Positions 1 to 12,916 of a stretch of DNA of 64,000 bases are shown here, piece by piece. Positions within the stretch are counted from its first letter, which is position 1. Every line of letters starts with the position of its first letter. Source of the DNA: Octopus vulgaris (lineage: Eukaryota); NCBI GenBank assembly GCA_951406725.2, contig OX597838.1:1240001-1304000 (forward strand), given 5' to 3'. The notes below the pieces were generated by a model. It had not been told where the DNA came from, searched no databases, and saw only the letters and a program-made list of their open reading frames with translations. The translations under genes were made by a program, and so were the position numbers.

Positions 1-1196
1 TGTGTGTGTGTGTGTGTGTGTGTATGCGTGATACTGAATGTAATGGTTGGCTGTATTTGGTTGTGTCTGGTGTTGCTGATAAGAAAGGAGACAGTAAATT
101 TGGTAAGTGGAGCCAAGTTTCTCTGTGGTTTATATAAAAGAATAATTGTGCAGACGTTTGGTAAATGATAAGCAGATGTGAGTGTCATCTGCATTACGAG
201 GCTGTGTAGTTGGGGGAGGTCATGTAGGGATAGGTATGAGGAGGATCATTGTGGTTCTCTGAGAAAATGCATGTTCTGGAAGTGTTGTTCATGTACACAA
301 CATAGGCTCAGTGGCTCCACAGTTTGATGGGCAGCATTTTGTGCTGTTTCTTAACCATCTTGGGACACTTGGGCCGATTGATTGGCCCAAAGGATACAAG
401 CTGAAAAGACTTTGAGGTTGGTGCATCAGACCACTGAAACAAATATTGTGAATGGTTGATTTTGAAGTGTAATAGCCAATCAGAAATCGTCTTTTGGTAC
501 ATAATGTTTTGTTTTTTTTTCACGCACATTTATGCTTATTATTTTCTATATTTATATGTATTTTGTTGTAGGTTTTCTTATTGTGGTAGATATTTTGTTT
601 TGTTTATAAGCTTTCATAATATATATTTAGTTTTACATACTAATAAAATAGTTTTAGGCACTTTATCCTTTGTTTTCTTCATGTACTCATCAGTTTCAAT
701 CTCAACAAAAAAAAAAAAAAAACGATTTTGGTCTTTTTTTGGCTACACAAACCAAAACACCACGTGTCTCAAAAAGTTTAAGGCAGTTTCAGGTATTTTT
801 GTATAAGTGGATTGTAGGAAAAGGAATTGAAAATGTTGATGTCGATGGTAAATTTGGGAAGATTATTGTTGAAACCACCATCTAATTTCTGCCAGGTGTA
901 TGAGTTGTGTGGTGGTGGTGGTTGTATTAGATGGTGGTTGAGGGTGTAGAGGTCTAATTTGGAGCGGAGAATGCATGGGTTAGTGATGTGAAAGGTTAAC
1001 CTTTTAAGAATATTTGAGGGTTTGCATGGGGGATGAAGGATGGGTGGTGAAGGATGTGAATGATGTTGCTTCACTTGGACACTAATGGTGATGTTGGAGA
1101 TATTTGGTAGTCTCTGGTACCATCACTACTGTAGGCACCACCACCACGTGCTGCTGCCGCTGCTACTACTACTACTGTTGTTGTTCTATTCTGTAG

Positions 1197-1302
1197 GTAA
1201 GATGACAATAATAACTGGTCCCTCTGGGTCAGGCAAATCAACATTGTTATCAGCCATGTTGGGGGAAATGGTCTTGGATTCTGGAGTCATGGAGTGGAAC
1301 AG
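1197..1302 (+). CDS. ABCC exon, NBD1 Walker A ([25 protein letters not shown]...)
   Basis: ctgtag|GT acceptor, AACAG|gtatgt donor; P-loop. Confidence 0.92.
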
Positions 1303-4300
1303 GTATGTTTCTATGTTTCTCTGTCTGTGTGTGTGTGTATGTTTTCATCATCATCTTCATTTAATATTCAATTTCCATGCTGGCATGGGTCGGATGATTC
1401 CACAGAAACTGGAAAGCCAGAAAACTGCACCAGGTTCCACTGTCTGCTTTGATATTGTTTCTATGACTGGATACTGCCCTTCCTAATGCCAACCACTTTA
1501 CAGAGTGGACTGCATGTCTTTGATGTGGTATCAATGCCAAATATATTGTTGTTTGTTGTGTTGACCTATCCTACCCTTGTGAGCTCAGACCAAACACATG
1601 CCCATGTCATGAACAAACATTAAAACAGTTTTTAAAAAGGTTTAATGATGTATTTTCATGCTTCATGTTAATTACTTTGTTTTGTATTGAACTCCTAACA
1701 TGTGGCAGTAATAAATAGCTTTACACTTAGTATGTTTATAGAGTTACAGAGACTGCAGAAATTATGTCCCTATCCTAATATGAAAATAAGTAACAGCTTT
1801 CTCACTTATTCACTAATTTAGCCAGCATTACGTTATATGTATGAATGGTAGCCTCTCACAAGTCTGAGAAAGACAATTCTGCAATTTCTTGCCGAACAAC
1901 CTTCCCAAATGATTTGTTTCTAGCAGTCAAGTGTTTGTGTTGCACCAAAGCTCTTACTCCCACCATCAAATTGTCATTACCTGTACAGGTGCACAAGTGT
2001 GTCACATGTCACATGTCGAAGTGATCGCAGACAAAAGTGAAATGGAGTGTTTTGCTGAAGAACACAACACGCCACCCGGTCTAGGAAATGAACCCACATT
2101 CTTGTGATTGCTGGTGCAACACCCTAATCACTAGGTTGTGCAATCTCTTATTTCTTATATAATGAATTGGAAACGGTTGTGTGGTAAAGAAGTTTGCTTC
2201 CCAACCACATGGTTGCAGGTTCAGTCCCACTGTGTGACCCACACATACATTGTGTGTGTCTCTTTGTCTTGATATCATGTAATAGTTGTAAACGAGAATC
2301 ACTTCCATACTGGTGGTGTCATTCATTTCTAATATTCTGCAGAAACATGTCTAACAATGTATAACTATTTCCTTGCTTGGAAATTGGTAAGAGCTGTCAA
2401 CAGGAAGGTCATTCAGCTGTAGAAAATATACCTCAATCAACTCTGTCCAAATCAGGCAAATTTGAAAAATTAAACATTGAAGCAAGAGTGACAGAGATAT
2501 ACATTCATAACATATTCTGCCGTTTAATTAGAAATGATCCTTAACAGTTTTGTTGCAACAATTTGCTATCCATTTGTAGTCACTAACAGTAAAGTTAACA
2601 CAACAACCTCTTTCACTAATATCATTCTTACTTGTTATTATAATTAACTGATTAATCTGTTTCTTTACAGAGCCTGTACATTGGCATATTGTTCACAACC
2701 ACCTTGGCTCATGAATGCCACAGTCCAAGAAAACATACTTTTTGGTCAACCATACAATTATAGAAAGTAAGTGTTTTTTTGAATATGTTTAGTCTTTTTT
2801 TTATGAAACTCTGTGTGTGTGTGTGCTGCAGTGCTGTTTCCTTGGTGTGAGTGGCAGTTGTGTTTTCTTGCTGTTGAAAGAGACAGGATTGGTACATCAA
2901 CTTTGGAGAATATAAAGTTAAACGTCAACAGTTTGGGATGTATGCTCATCAAAGAATCCATAATTGATGGAGAAGACCTTCAGTATTATGGATAAAGTAC
3001 TATGGATAACCATAAGGAATTGGGGACTGGATTGGGTGGCAGTGGTGGTGTGTGTATGTGTTTACATAATGTATTGGGTGGTATCTGTGTGTGTCTCTCT
3101 AAAGTACTTGTTGCTTATTGCAGATATAAAAAAGTACTCCATGCTGTTTCTCTGAACACAGACCTGACTTTGTGGCCAGCCAAAGACCGAACAGAAGTTG
3201 GTGATCAGGTAGGTTGATGAGTCAATCATCTCATTATTGTTATATTTAGAGCCATATTTTGAGTGTTCAGCCAATGAAGAGATGCTACTGTAGAATAATA
3301 TGGTCTGTTGAGAGTAGCAAATGGGTCTCCACCAGCTCTGGATTAACCATTAAGCAAAATAATCACATGCTTAGGGCATCAAGGGAAGGAGGGGGTACCA
3401 CAGAAATGGTAAATGGTTTACTGCACAAAAGAAATCACTTTAAACTTGCTAAAATAATATTCGGGATGCCTTTATCTCTACTAAGTATAGATGCAGATGT
3501 GTTACCTAAGATTAAATTTTGAGGATCTGATCAAAGACTTTGCAATTCAAAAAAGTAGGAGGAAACTTTTCAAATCTGAATAAAGGGGAGGGAGACAAAA
3601 ATAAACACTATTTTCCCTCTAACTGTTTTGTTTTGTTTTGAAAAACAAAAATTTATTTTATGGTTTGTTATTGTTTATATTTTGAATTACATCCCCTCAA
3701 AAATTGGTGGCCAAAGGTGGCAAGCTGGCAGAATCATTGGAGTGTTGGGGAAAATGTTTTGTGGCACTTTGTGTTCTGATATCAAATCCTATCAGTCAAC
3801 TTTGTCTTTCATCCTTTTGGACTTGATAAAGTACCGGTCAAGTACTCCGGACAATGGTCTTGATTAACACCCCTCCCCTCAAAATTACTGGCTTAAATTT
3901 GAAACAAATATTATTACTACCACCACCACCATCATCATCATCATTTATTTATTTCTGTTGCTTCCCTGAAGACTAGATCTTCCGATTCAGTGTTGCTCAC
4001 GTTTGTAGCAATATTCTCTATGAAATTTGCCGAGGTTGAATATGCCTTTCATCCCTTCCGAGTCGATAAATTAAGTATCAGTTGCATACTGGGGTCAATC
4101 CAATCGACTGGCCCCTTCCCCCAAAATTTCAGGCTTTGTGCCTAGAGTAGAAAAAAAAAAAATCTCTAGGAATTGTTTTGTTGTTTATTTAATTGCAGTT
4201 CTAAGAAGCTAAATCTTGATTTTTAAAAAATATTATTAAAAGATAAAGATGATGCAAGTGAGAAGTGGGAACTGGCTCAACCAACCAAACAACATCACCT

Positions 4301-5223
4301 TTTTAATTATTACTTTTTATTTTGTCTTTATTTTCAGGGTATCTTACTGACAGAAGGTCAGAAACAGCGTATCTCTCTTGCGAGAGCTCTCTATTCCTCA
4401 GCAAACACAATTATTATGGTAAGCATAATCTACCCACCTTCTTTACATGGACTCTTCCAGTTATCCATTTACTGGCTGCTACATTTCTATTTTAGGGGGT
4501 TAAAGATTGAGTTGAACTTAACAACTCCCATCATCATCATCATCATCGATCCATTTGCAAGTTTAACACCAGCACCTGGTCCTTGGCTGTTCTTTACAGG
4601 TGTCTACTTTGTTGTAAGCATTCTAACAAAATGTCTGGTCTGAAGGTTAAGCCCTCTCCTTGCCTCCTCCCCAATCCAACTGGTCATGAAAGCTCTAAAA
4701 AGGGTCATGGATATAAAAAAAAAACACATTGTAGGCCGAGGTCACAGTTTCATTTTCTCCAAGGGTGGAAATAAAGAAAAGCTGCTTCAAACAAGATTTG
4801 AACTTTAAAACATATTTAAACGTGTTCTGTTCCCAGGATGATCCATTCTCCAAGATAGAGCATCACCTTGGACGCAATGTTTTTGAGGAGGCAGTGGTAC
4901 GCAGCATGATCAGAAGAAAACGTACAGTTATCCTTGTCTCTCCACAAATTCCTCACATCTACAATGCTTATCAGGTCAGTTCCTTTCACAGACATTGTTT
5001 TACATTATTGTTGTTGATGTTACCTTGTTGCATAAATGTGCGTGTGTGTGTGTATTTGTTTGGGTGTAACTTATTTATTTATTATTAAATATTAAATATG
5101 ATAATATAAATTATTTACATGTTTTTCAGTTATGAAACAATTTGCCGTAAAATTAGAATTTTTTAACTTTTATATATAATTTCATCTAAATATTTCTGTA
5201 ATTTGTGACTTCTCTCTCTGTCA

Positions 5224-5267
<44 letters not shown>

Positions 5268-5755
5268 ATATGGAGAGAAAGAGAGTGTATGTCTGATTGT
5301 ATAATGTCAGAAGATGAGTGTTGTATGTCACACACGCACACACTTTCATATACATACATATACAATTTCATATTTACATCTCTGTCCATACTTTCATATA
5401 CACGCACTTATATGCACTCATCTACTCATACTTGCTCCCTGTTCATTCAGTACACACCAACTCTGCCATGTATACTTATACAAACACAGACACACGTACA
5501 CAGTCAGATAAACTCCTACAGATACACCTACACCTTTCACACACGTGTATACACATAATAGTGTTTTGTACACTATACACACACATTCATACAAATATAT
5601 ACAGGCGTGGCTGTGTGGTAAGAAGCTTGCTTACCAACCACATTGTTCTGGGTTCAGTCCCATTGTGGTACCTTGGGCAGATGTTTTCTACTATAGCCTC
5701 TGGTCAACCGAAGCCTTGTGAGTGAATTTGGTTGACTGAAACTGAAAGAAGCCCG

Positions 5756-5823
<68 letters not shown>

Positions 5824-8800
5824 GTGTGTGTTTGTCCCCTATCACCACCGCTTGACAATCAGTGTTGGTGTGTTTACATCCTCATTACTTAGTGGTTCAG
5901 CAAAAGTAACTGATGGAATAAGTTACTAGGCTTTGAAAAATAAGTTCTGGGGTCATTTTGTTCGACTAAAACCCTTCAAGGCGGTGCTCCAGCATGGCCA
6001 CAGTCAAATAGCTGAAAGTAAAAGAACACACACACATTTACACACGATAGTAATTTCTACACATGCATGTCCCCCCTCCTCCCACACAATAGTAATATGT
6101 GTTTTGTTTCTCTGCAGATAATTGTTGTGAATCGTCACCAAATCAAATGTCAGGGAAGATTGAAAGACATAAAGCGTGCTGACCCTGACCTTTATGAAAG
6201 CTGGAGAAGAGTACTGAAGGATAACAAGTAAGTGTTAGCCCCTTTACACTTCACATCTGGGTTATATTATTCTTGCCATGCCTACATTTTATGTTATCCC
6301 ACTTGATTTTTTGTATTGTAACAACCATTACCTGTTTGATATTAACCTATTTTATTGTAGTAGAAGCTAAAATAATTGAATGTCGTGTTAACCCAGATAA
6401 ATGATGTGAGGTTAACCCATGTGGTAATTGAATGCTGTTAATACACTTAAATGAAAGGGGGTGATGGTGGTTTAACCCATTTAGCCATTGAATGTAATAT
6501 TAACCCATATAATTGATTGGAGTTGGGGGTTAACTCTTGAATGCAGTATTAGCCTACATTAATTGAATGTGGGCTGTTAACCCATGAAATCATTGAGTGT
6601 TTTAACTTCACATAAATGGGGGAGTTGGTCAAACCATATAATCCCTGAATGAAGTATTAACCCACAAAATGTTAACCCTCTCCCACATATTACAAGTCTC
6701 TTGACATCATTGTAACCCGCGAATATTCATATTGTGTTAACCCTCCTTCGTTCCCCGTATACTTAGCCGACATTAGCTGCCCCTGTCACACAGAGATCGC
6801 TTACGTCTGTTCAAATTGCTATTTTGTTGTTAGACCAAGTTACCTCCCTTCATCAATACCGAGTAGTCTCCCTTACTTAGAGATGATCCACTTACTCTCT
6901 CAGTTTGTAAAGTTTATAGTGTCTCCTACTTTGACATTCACTAATCCCATTTATAGCCATTATATTAATTATGCGATCCACATCCTTAATATTTGTTCAG
7001 GGTATATAAAGTAAATGCTAGCCCTCTCCCCAACTTCCTGGCCTTCTCTCTATATTTGAACTCGTTGAGAGGGCTGCCAGAAATCTGTAGAGTATTGGAC
7101 AAATATTTTCTGGTATTTATGTTGTCTAAATAATGTATATTTTCTTTTACTTGTTTCAGTCATTTGACTGCATCCATGCTGGAGCACCGCCTTTAGTCGA
7201 GCAAATCGCCCCAGGACTTATTCTTTGTAAGCCTGGTACTTATTCTATCGGTTTATTTTGCTGAACCACTAAGTTTGGGAATGTAAACACACCAACATTG
7301 GCTGTCAAGCAATGGTGGGCAAACAAGCACAGACACACAAATACATACATATAGACGAGCTTCTTTCAGTTTCTGCCTATCAAATCCACTCACATGGCTT
7401 TGGTCGGCCCAAGACTATAGTAGATGACACTTGCCCTAGGTACCACGCAGGAACCATGTGATTGGTAAACAAATTTATTACCACACAGCCACTCCTGTGC
7501 CTAAGTTACACAGCCACTCCTGTGTCTGTTCAGAGTTCAAATCCATTTGGGGTGAACTTTACCTTTTACTGGAGTTGTTAATATAAAGTTTGAGTCAATA
7601 AACTTCACCCCAGAAAATGCATGGCCTTTATTATTATTATTATTATTAAGGCAGAATTGTTAGCACGCCAGGCAAAATGCTTATCGGTATTTTGTCAATC
7701 TTTACGTTGAGTTCAGATTCCACTGAGGTTGACTTTGCCTTTTACCCTTTTGGGGTTGATGAAATAAGTACCAGTTACACCTTGTGCCTTTAGTAGAAAG
7801 GATTATTATTATTATTGGTGTTGTGGTGAGCTGGTAGAATTGTTAGTACAACAGGTAAAATGCTTGGCAGCATTTAATCCGACATTTTATGTTCTGAGCT
7901 CGAATCCTGCCAAAGTCTGCCTTGTCTTCCATCTTTCTGCAGGCAATGAAATAAGGTACGAGTTGTGAACTGGGGGTCAGTGTCAGTAGTGGAGTGGCAG
8001 CATTGTTAGACTGTGAGAAAAAGAAACTACTGTTCCAGCACTTTTAACATTCTGAGTTCAAATTCCACTGAGGTCAACTTTACCACACATCCTTTCAGGG
8101 TTGACAAAATAAGTTATACCAGTCAAGTCCTGGGATTCAAATTTAATTGACCCCCAGTACTTGATAGATATTTTACTCGGTTCCTATCCCCATTTTCCAA
8201 ACCTTGTGCCATTATTGAAAACAATTATGGTAGCAGATTGGCAGAAACAGTAGAGAGTCTGGAGAAATGTTTTGCCTATTTGTTCTGGTTCTGTATATTG
8301 TAAGTTCAAATTCCACTGAGTTTGATTTTGTCTTTCATTCTTTTGGGATCAATAAAGTTTTAGTGAAGAATTGGGGTTGATATAATTGCTTAATCCCTTC
8401 ATAAATTTGCTGGTCTTAAAGTAAGTTAGTGGGGTTGATGGAATTGACCATCCCACCCTTTGTAATTGATGGCCTTGTACCTAAATCCTAAATAATTATC
8501 AACATCATCATCATTGTCAAGAACACATAAATTATAATAATTAATCAGTTTTACTTTATCTTCTAACTTTCATTATTATATCAATTTTATTTCCAGAAGA
8601 ACTAATGTGGTTGAAAGGTATTTTTGATAGATTTTTATATATATTGATGTCATGTGGTCATGTCCTTGTCATGCAGCTGTATACTGTGAGTGTGTGTGAT
8701 GTAGTAAAATGTTATCAGTATCTGTAGAGTACTGTGTGTGTGTGTGTGTGTGTGTGAGCTGGATGTTGCAAAATACTCTGTGTGTTTGTGTGTGTGATAC

Positions 8801-11800
8801 AGCTTGGTTTTTATATATATTTCAGAACAAGATCTAGTAGTGAAGTACTCAATACATATTGATATTCTTTCAAAAGTATCAATAAGTATTGGTCAGTAGT
8901 GTTATTAGTAGTAGCAAGAGTAGTTTGTCCCCTGTCTTGTGCAGTATTGCATGACTGTCTTACAGCATGGTACCATTTGTCTTGTAATAAAGTCGTGTCT
9001 TCCTTGTGGTACTCTAAATTTCATAATAAGGTACTTTGTATGCTTTATTATGTGGTACTGCATGCCTTATAATGAACTACCATCAGGTTTTTTTTTGGCA
9101 TGGTACTCTATATCTTGCGATGAGGTACTATACTGTCTGTCTTGAGGTACTCTGTACCATGTAGTGTAGTGTTGCCTGTATGTCTTGTAGTGACGTACCC
9201 TATATCTTGTAGTCAATTTTGTAAGGTACTTTATGTGTTGTGTAATGAAGAACTCTATATTTTTGTAAGGTTCTGCCTCTTTTGTAGTGAGGTATTATCT
9301 TTGTTGTAGTGGAATACTCTCTTTATCTATCGAAGTGCTTTCTGTGTCATGTACTCGGGTACACTCTGTGGTGGTGCATGGCTTAGTGGTTAGGGTGTTG
9401 CACTCATGATTATAATATTGTGGTTTCAATTCCTGGACTGGGTGAGCAAAAACATTTCATTTCATGTTGTTCCAGTCCCCTCATTTGGCAAAAGTGAGTA
9501 ATCCTAAAGTGGGCTGGAGTCCCATCCAGGGTGTGTGTATACACCACAGATTCTGGGAAACTGGCCTTATGAGCTTATGGCTCATGATCCTTTTTTAGGT
9601 ACTCTCTGTATATTGGGTACTGAGGTACTCTTATATGTCATGTTGTGAAATGTTCTCTCTATGTCTACGGTTTTGCAACATATAAATCAAATGAGGAGTA
9701 CCTTCTATTTCCGGGTCAGTTTTATCTTTTATGATCTGCCATAGTCTGCTATGACATGCAGTGGTCTGCTATGGCCTGTCATCACCTCTGATGACCTGCT
9801 ATCCCTTCTCATTGTGTCCTATGACCTGTCAACATCTCTCTAGTTTGCAATGACTTCCTGTGATCTATCATGGTCTTCTATGCCTTGTCAATACATCTTA
9901 TGGCTTGCTATGACCTCTCAATGTATGTTATGATCTGTCATACTCAGCTATGACTTTGAAGGTCTTCCTACACTGATGCGATTGATGTGTCCAGCCTGAA
10001 CACGTTGCAAGTCAAAGGAATAATGAAAAACTTCAGCAAAACCTATTAAGAGTCTATTACAACATGTCACATGTAGCTATAATTTGTTCTAATCACCCTA
10101 AATAGCATGTTCCAACATGTCAAATATCAGTAATGAAGCTGTTGTTTTTATTTTGTTGCCCCAGGAGGAGATCAAGTCTTCCAGAAAGGTATTTTTTGGT
10201 TTCCTGTTTGTATTATCTTTTCTGGAATTTTGGTCATTAGTATGTCCTGTTTCACTCATTCTTTCTCTCTCACATACCAAACTGTCATCTCTGGTATTCA
10301 CATCTCTCTCTCACATACCAACCAGTCTCTCTAGTATTCACATTTCTTTCTCTCTCTCTCTCATGAACCAGTCTCTCTCTGCTATTCACATCTCTCTCTC
10401 TCTCTCACAATCTGAGTATATCTAAGTCACTAGGTTTTACATCTGTCTTGCATTTTTTGTTATAAATGCTGCTCAATACTCTGGACTGCCCAGTGCATGT
10501 ATTGGGTGACCCGATGGGCAGTAGGGCATGCTTTTGTCTACTTAGGTTTAGTATGATATAAACTGTAAAACTGAAATGACCTGGGGTTGTAACTCTTTGT
10601 TGAGGTGTCCACTCTCATATATCACTCTTATACCTCACCCAAAGCATCTATTATCTTCAATATTCACTCTTTTGTCATAGTCATCCTTTACTCATTAGTC
10701 AATACAAATATTTCAAAGATTTTGTGTCATTTCCTTCTTTTGTTGATTCATTGAAGTTTCAATTTTCACATTGATATTTTAGAGACTAATGAAATCACAT
10801 TTTGATTAATCTATTGATCTCTCTTTCATAAAACAGCAAAACTAGAGTGTTGCCTGCTTCATATGATTGGTAACTTTGGAACTATACTTTTGCTACCGTG
10901 GGTACCATCAGGAAACATGACATACATACAATAATTAATTTTTATCAAATTTCTTGGTGTTTATACAAAATGAGGACATGAATATTAATTTTGAAAAGAA
11001 AAAATATTTGTTACTTTCTCCCTCTTTCTATGATTCTTTCTGTCATTGTGTGTGTGCATGCGAGACATTCCTTTACTCATTGTCTGTTACCAAGCCTAGT
11101 ATGTGCAGTCATCCTGTACTTGTGTTAAATCTCTCTGTATCTCTTTTTTTACACTCATTCTTCTGCTCTTTATACACTATAAGTATGACTAGAGAATTCA
11201 ACCAACCAACCAATATTTTTTATTGGTTATTATTCAGTAGAGATAAAAATATTTCTTTCTTTCAAGTTATTTTCATATGAATTATGTAGAGCAATTTTGT
11301 TTTTCAGCAGGTGATTTGTGCGTGTGTGTGTGTGTGTACAGGGATGGTGCATTTTTTGTTTGTTTTATGTTTCTGTTTTCATTGTGTTGTTTTGGCTGAT
11401 TTTCAAACAATGTCAACCCTGTACACTCTTGTAAAGTGGTTAGTAAATGAACAAAGATAAACATAGTGCAGAGAAGATTGTTTAGACATGCTGAAGAGAC
11501 AGCAACCTCTCTAGTGTTGGTGCCACAATAAAATGCACTCAATACATTCTGTAGAGTGGTTGGTGGTAGGAAAGGCAAACAGATGTATGATATGTACGAC
11601 CCTTGATCTTCTGGCCTTTCTAGATGGACACCAGCTCCAAATAACAATTGCTTTGGATCACGGTGATCCGTTCATCCCATGCCAGCATAGAAAATAGATA
11701 TATAAAAGGATAATGTTGATGTCTGATAATCGTGTTTCCTTCCTGTTTCAATCTGATTCCAAGATGTTATTGTGTGATTGTTGAGGATGATGATGATGAT

Positions 11801-12699
11801 GATTGTTACTCTTTTTTTTCTAATTTATGTTGGATACAAACATTAATCAATTTTCATTATTATTTGTTTTTTATATTTATTCATTTGTTTTTATTTCTTT
11901 TGTTTCTGGTTTTAGTGCCTGAGGTCGTCTCTACTCATTATCAGTTTGACAGTTTCAGTTTTGTTATCAGAGTTGTATGTCTTGTATTGCCTTAATGAAT
12001 ATATTTTTAGCTGCAGCTATAATTATTTTGGTAAATTTATGCACAGTCATAATTGATACTAATTGTGGCATTGAATTCTGAAAAGTTTGTCTTTGTTTCT
12101 TGGGGGAACTTGTTCCATTGGTTTTTTTTTTTTTTTTTACTTTTTTGAAGTTGGAGTTTTTTTTGCGGGGGTGGGGGGTGGGGGTTAATGCCTGGGAAAG
12201 AGTTATTGTAGTTGGTTTGGTAGGGAGTGTGTATGTGTGTACCTTTTAATGTGAGTAGCTGTGTATTCATTCTCATATCCCACTGAGAGGCTGAAGATGG
12301 GAGAGAGTGGGTGCTCCCTGTTCCTACTTTACAAAATTGAGAAGAACCATTTTAAAAGGCCGAAGAGCTATAAATGGACATCTTCTTTACATAGGAAGAT
12401 ACCAGTGACATGTAAGATACAACTTGGAGTTGTGTGTGTGTTGTGGAGGCAACACACACACACACTTTGTTATGTATGGGTGACCAAAGAAGAGAGAAAA
12501 GTATTTAGTGAGCATAAAGTTTAGCAACTTATTTGGATCTTGAACTTCATCCTGTTGCTACTCAAGATTTCTTGTTTCTCTGAGGTTCTTGAAGTTGTTT
12601 TAAATAGCAAAACAGTAACAAGAGACTCAATAACAACAGGGAAGGCCAGAACTTTCAGTGAATGAAACTATTTTCATATATATATATGTTAAATGTGTG

Positions 12700-12747
<48 letters not shown>

Positions 12748-12849
12748 TATCTATCTAGCTATATATATATCTTTTGATTTCCAATGTGCATTTTTCGCTT
12801 ATTTTTCTTCTTACTTTCCCCTTACATTGCAACATGTAGTTTCTATTTT

Positions 12850-12916
<67 letters not shown>

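Noticed and set aside
5603-5680. tRNA gene
   Set aside because: The A/B-box-like sequence is the head of a multi-copy SINE; no complete cloverleaf.
5186-5929. His/Thr/Tyr/Ile-rich ORFs here and at 12662-13006, 50416-50716, 56698-57135 and 57762-58308
   Set aside because: Translations of (CA)n, (TA)n and (CATA)n microsatellites.
8826-8862. Additional micro-exon TRSSSE after tttcag
   Set aside because: The nearest GT gives 19 nt (frameshift) with a weak donor; read-through hits TGA.
11916-11925. Strong-looking acceptor in the linker intron
   Set aside because: Gives an immediate stop in the required phase. It could be a poison or terminal exon, but there is no further support.
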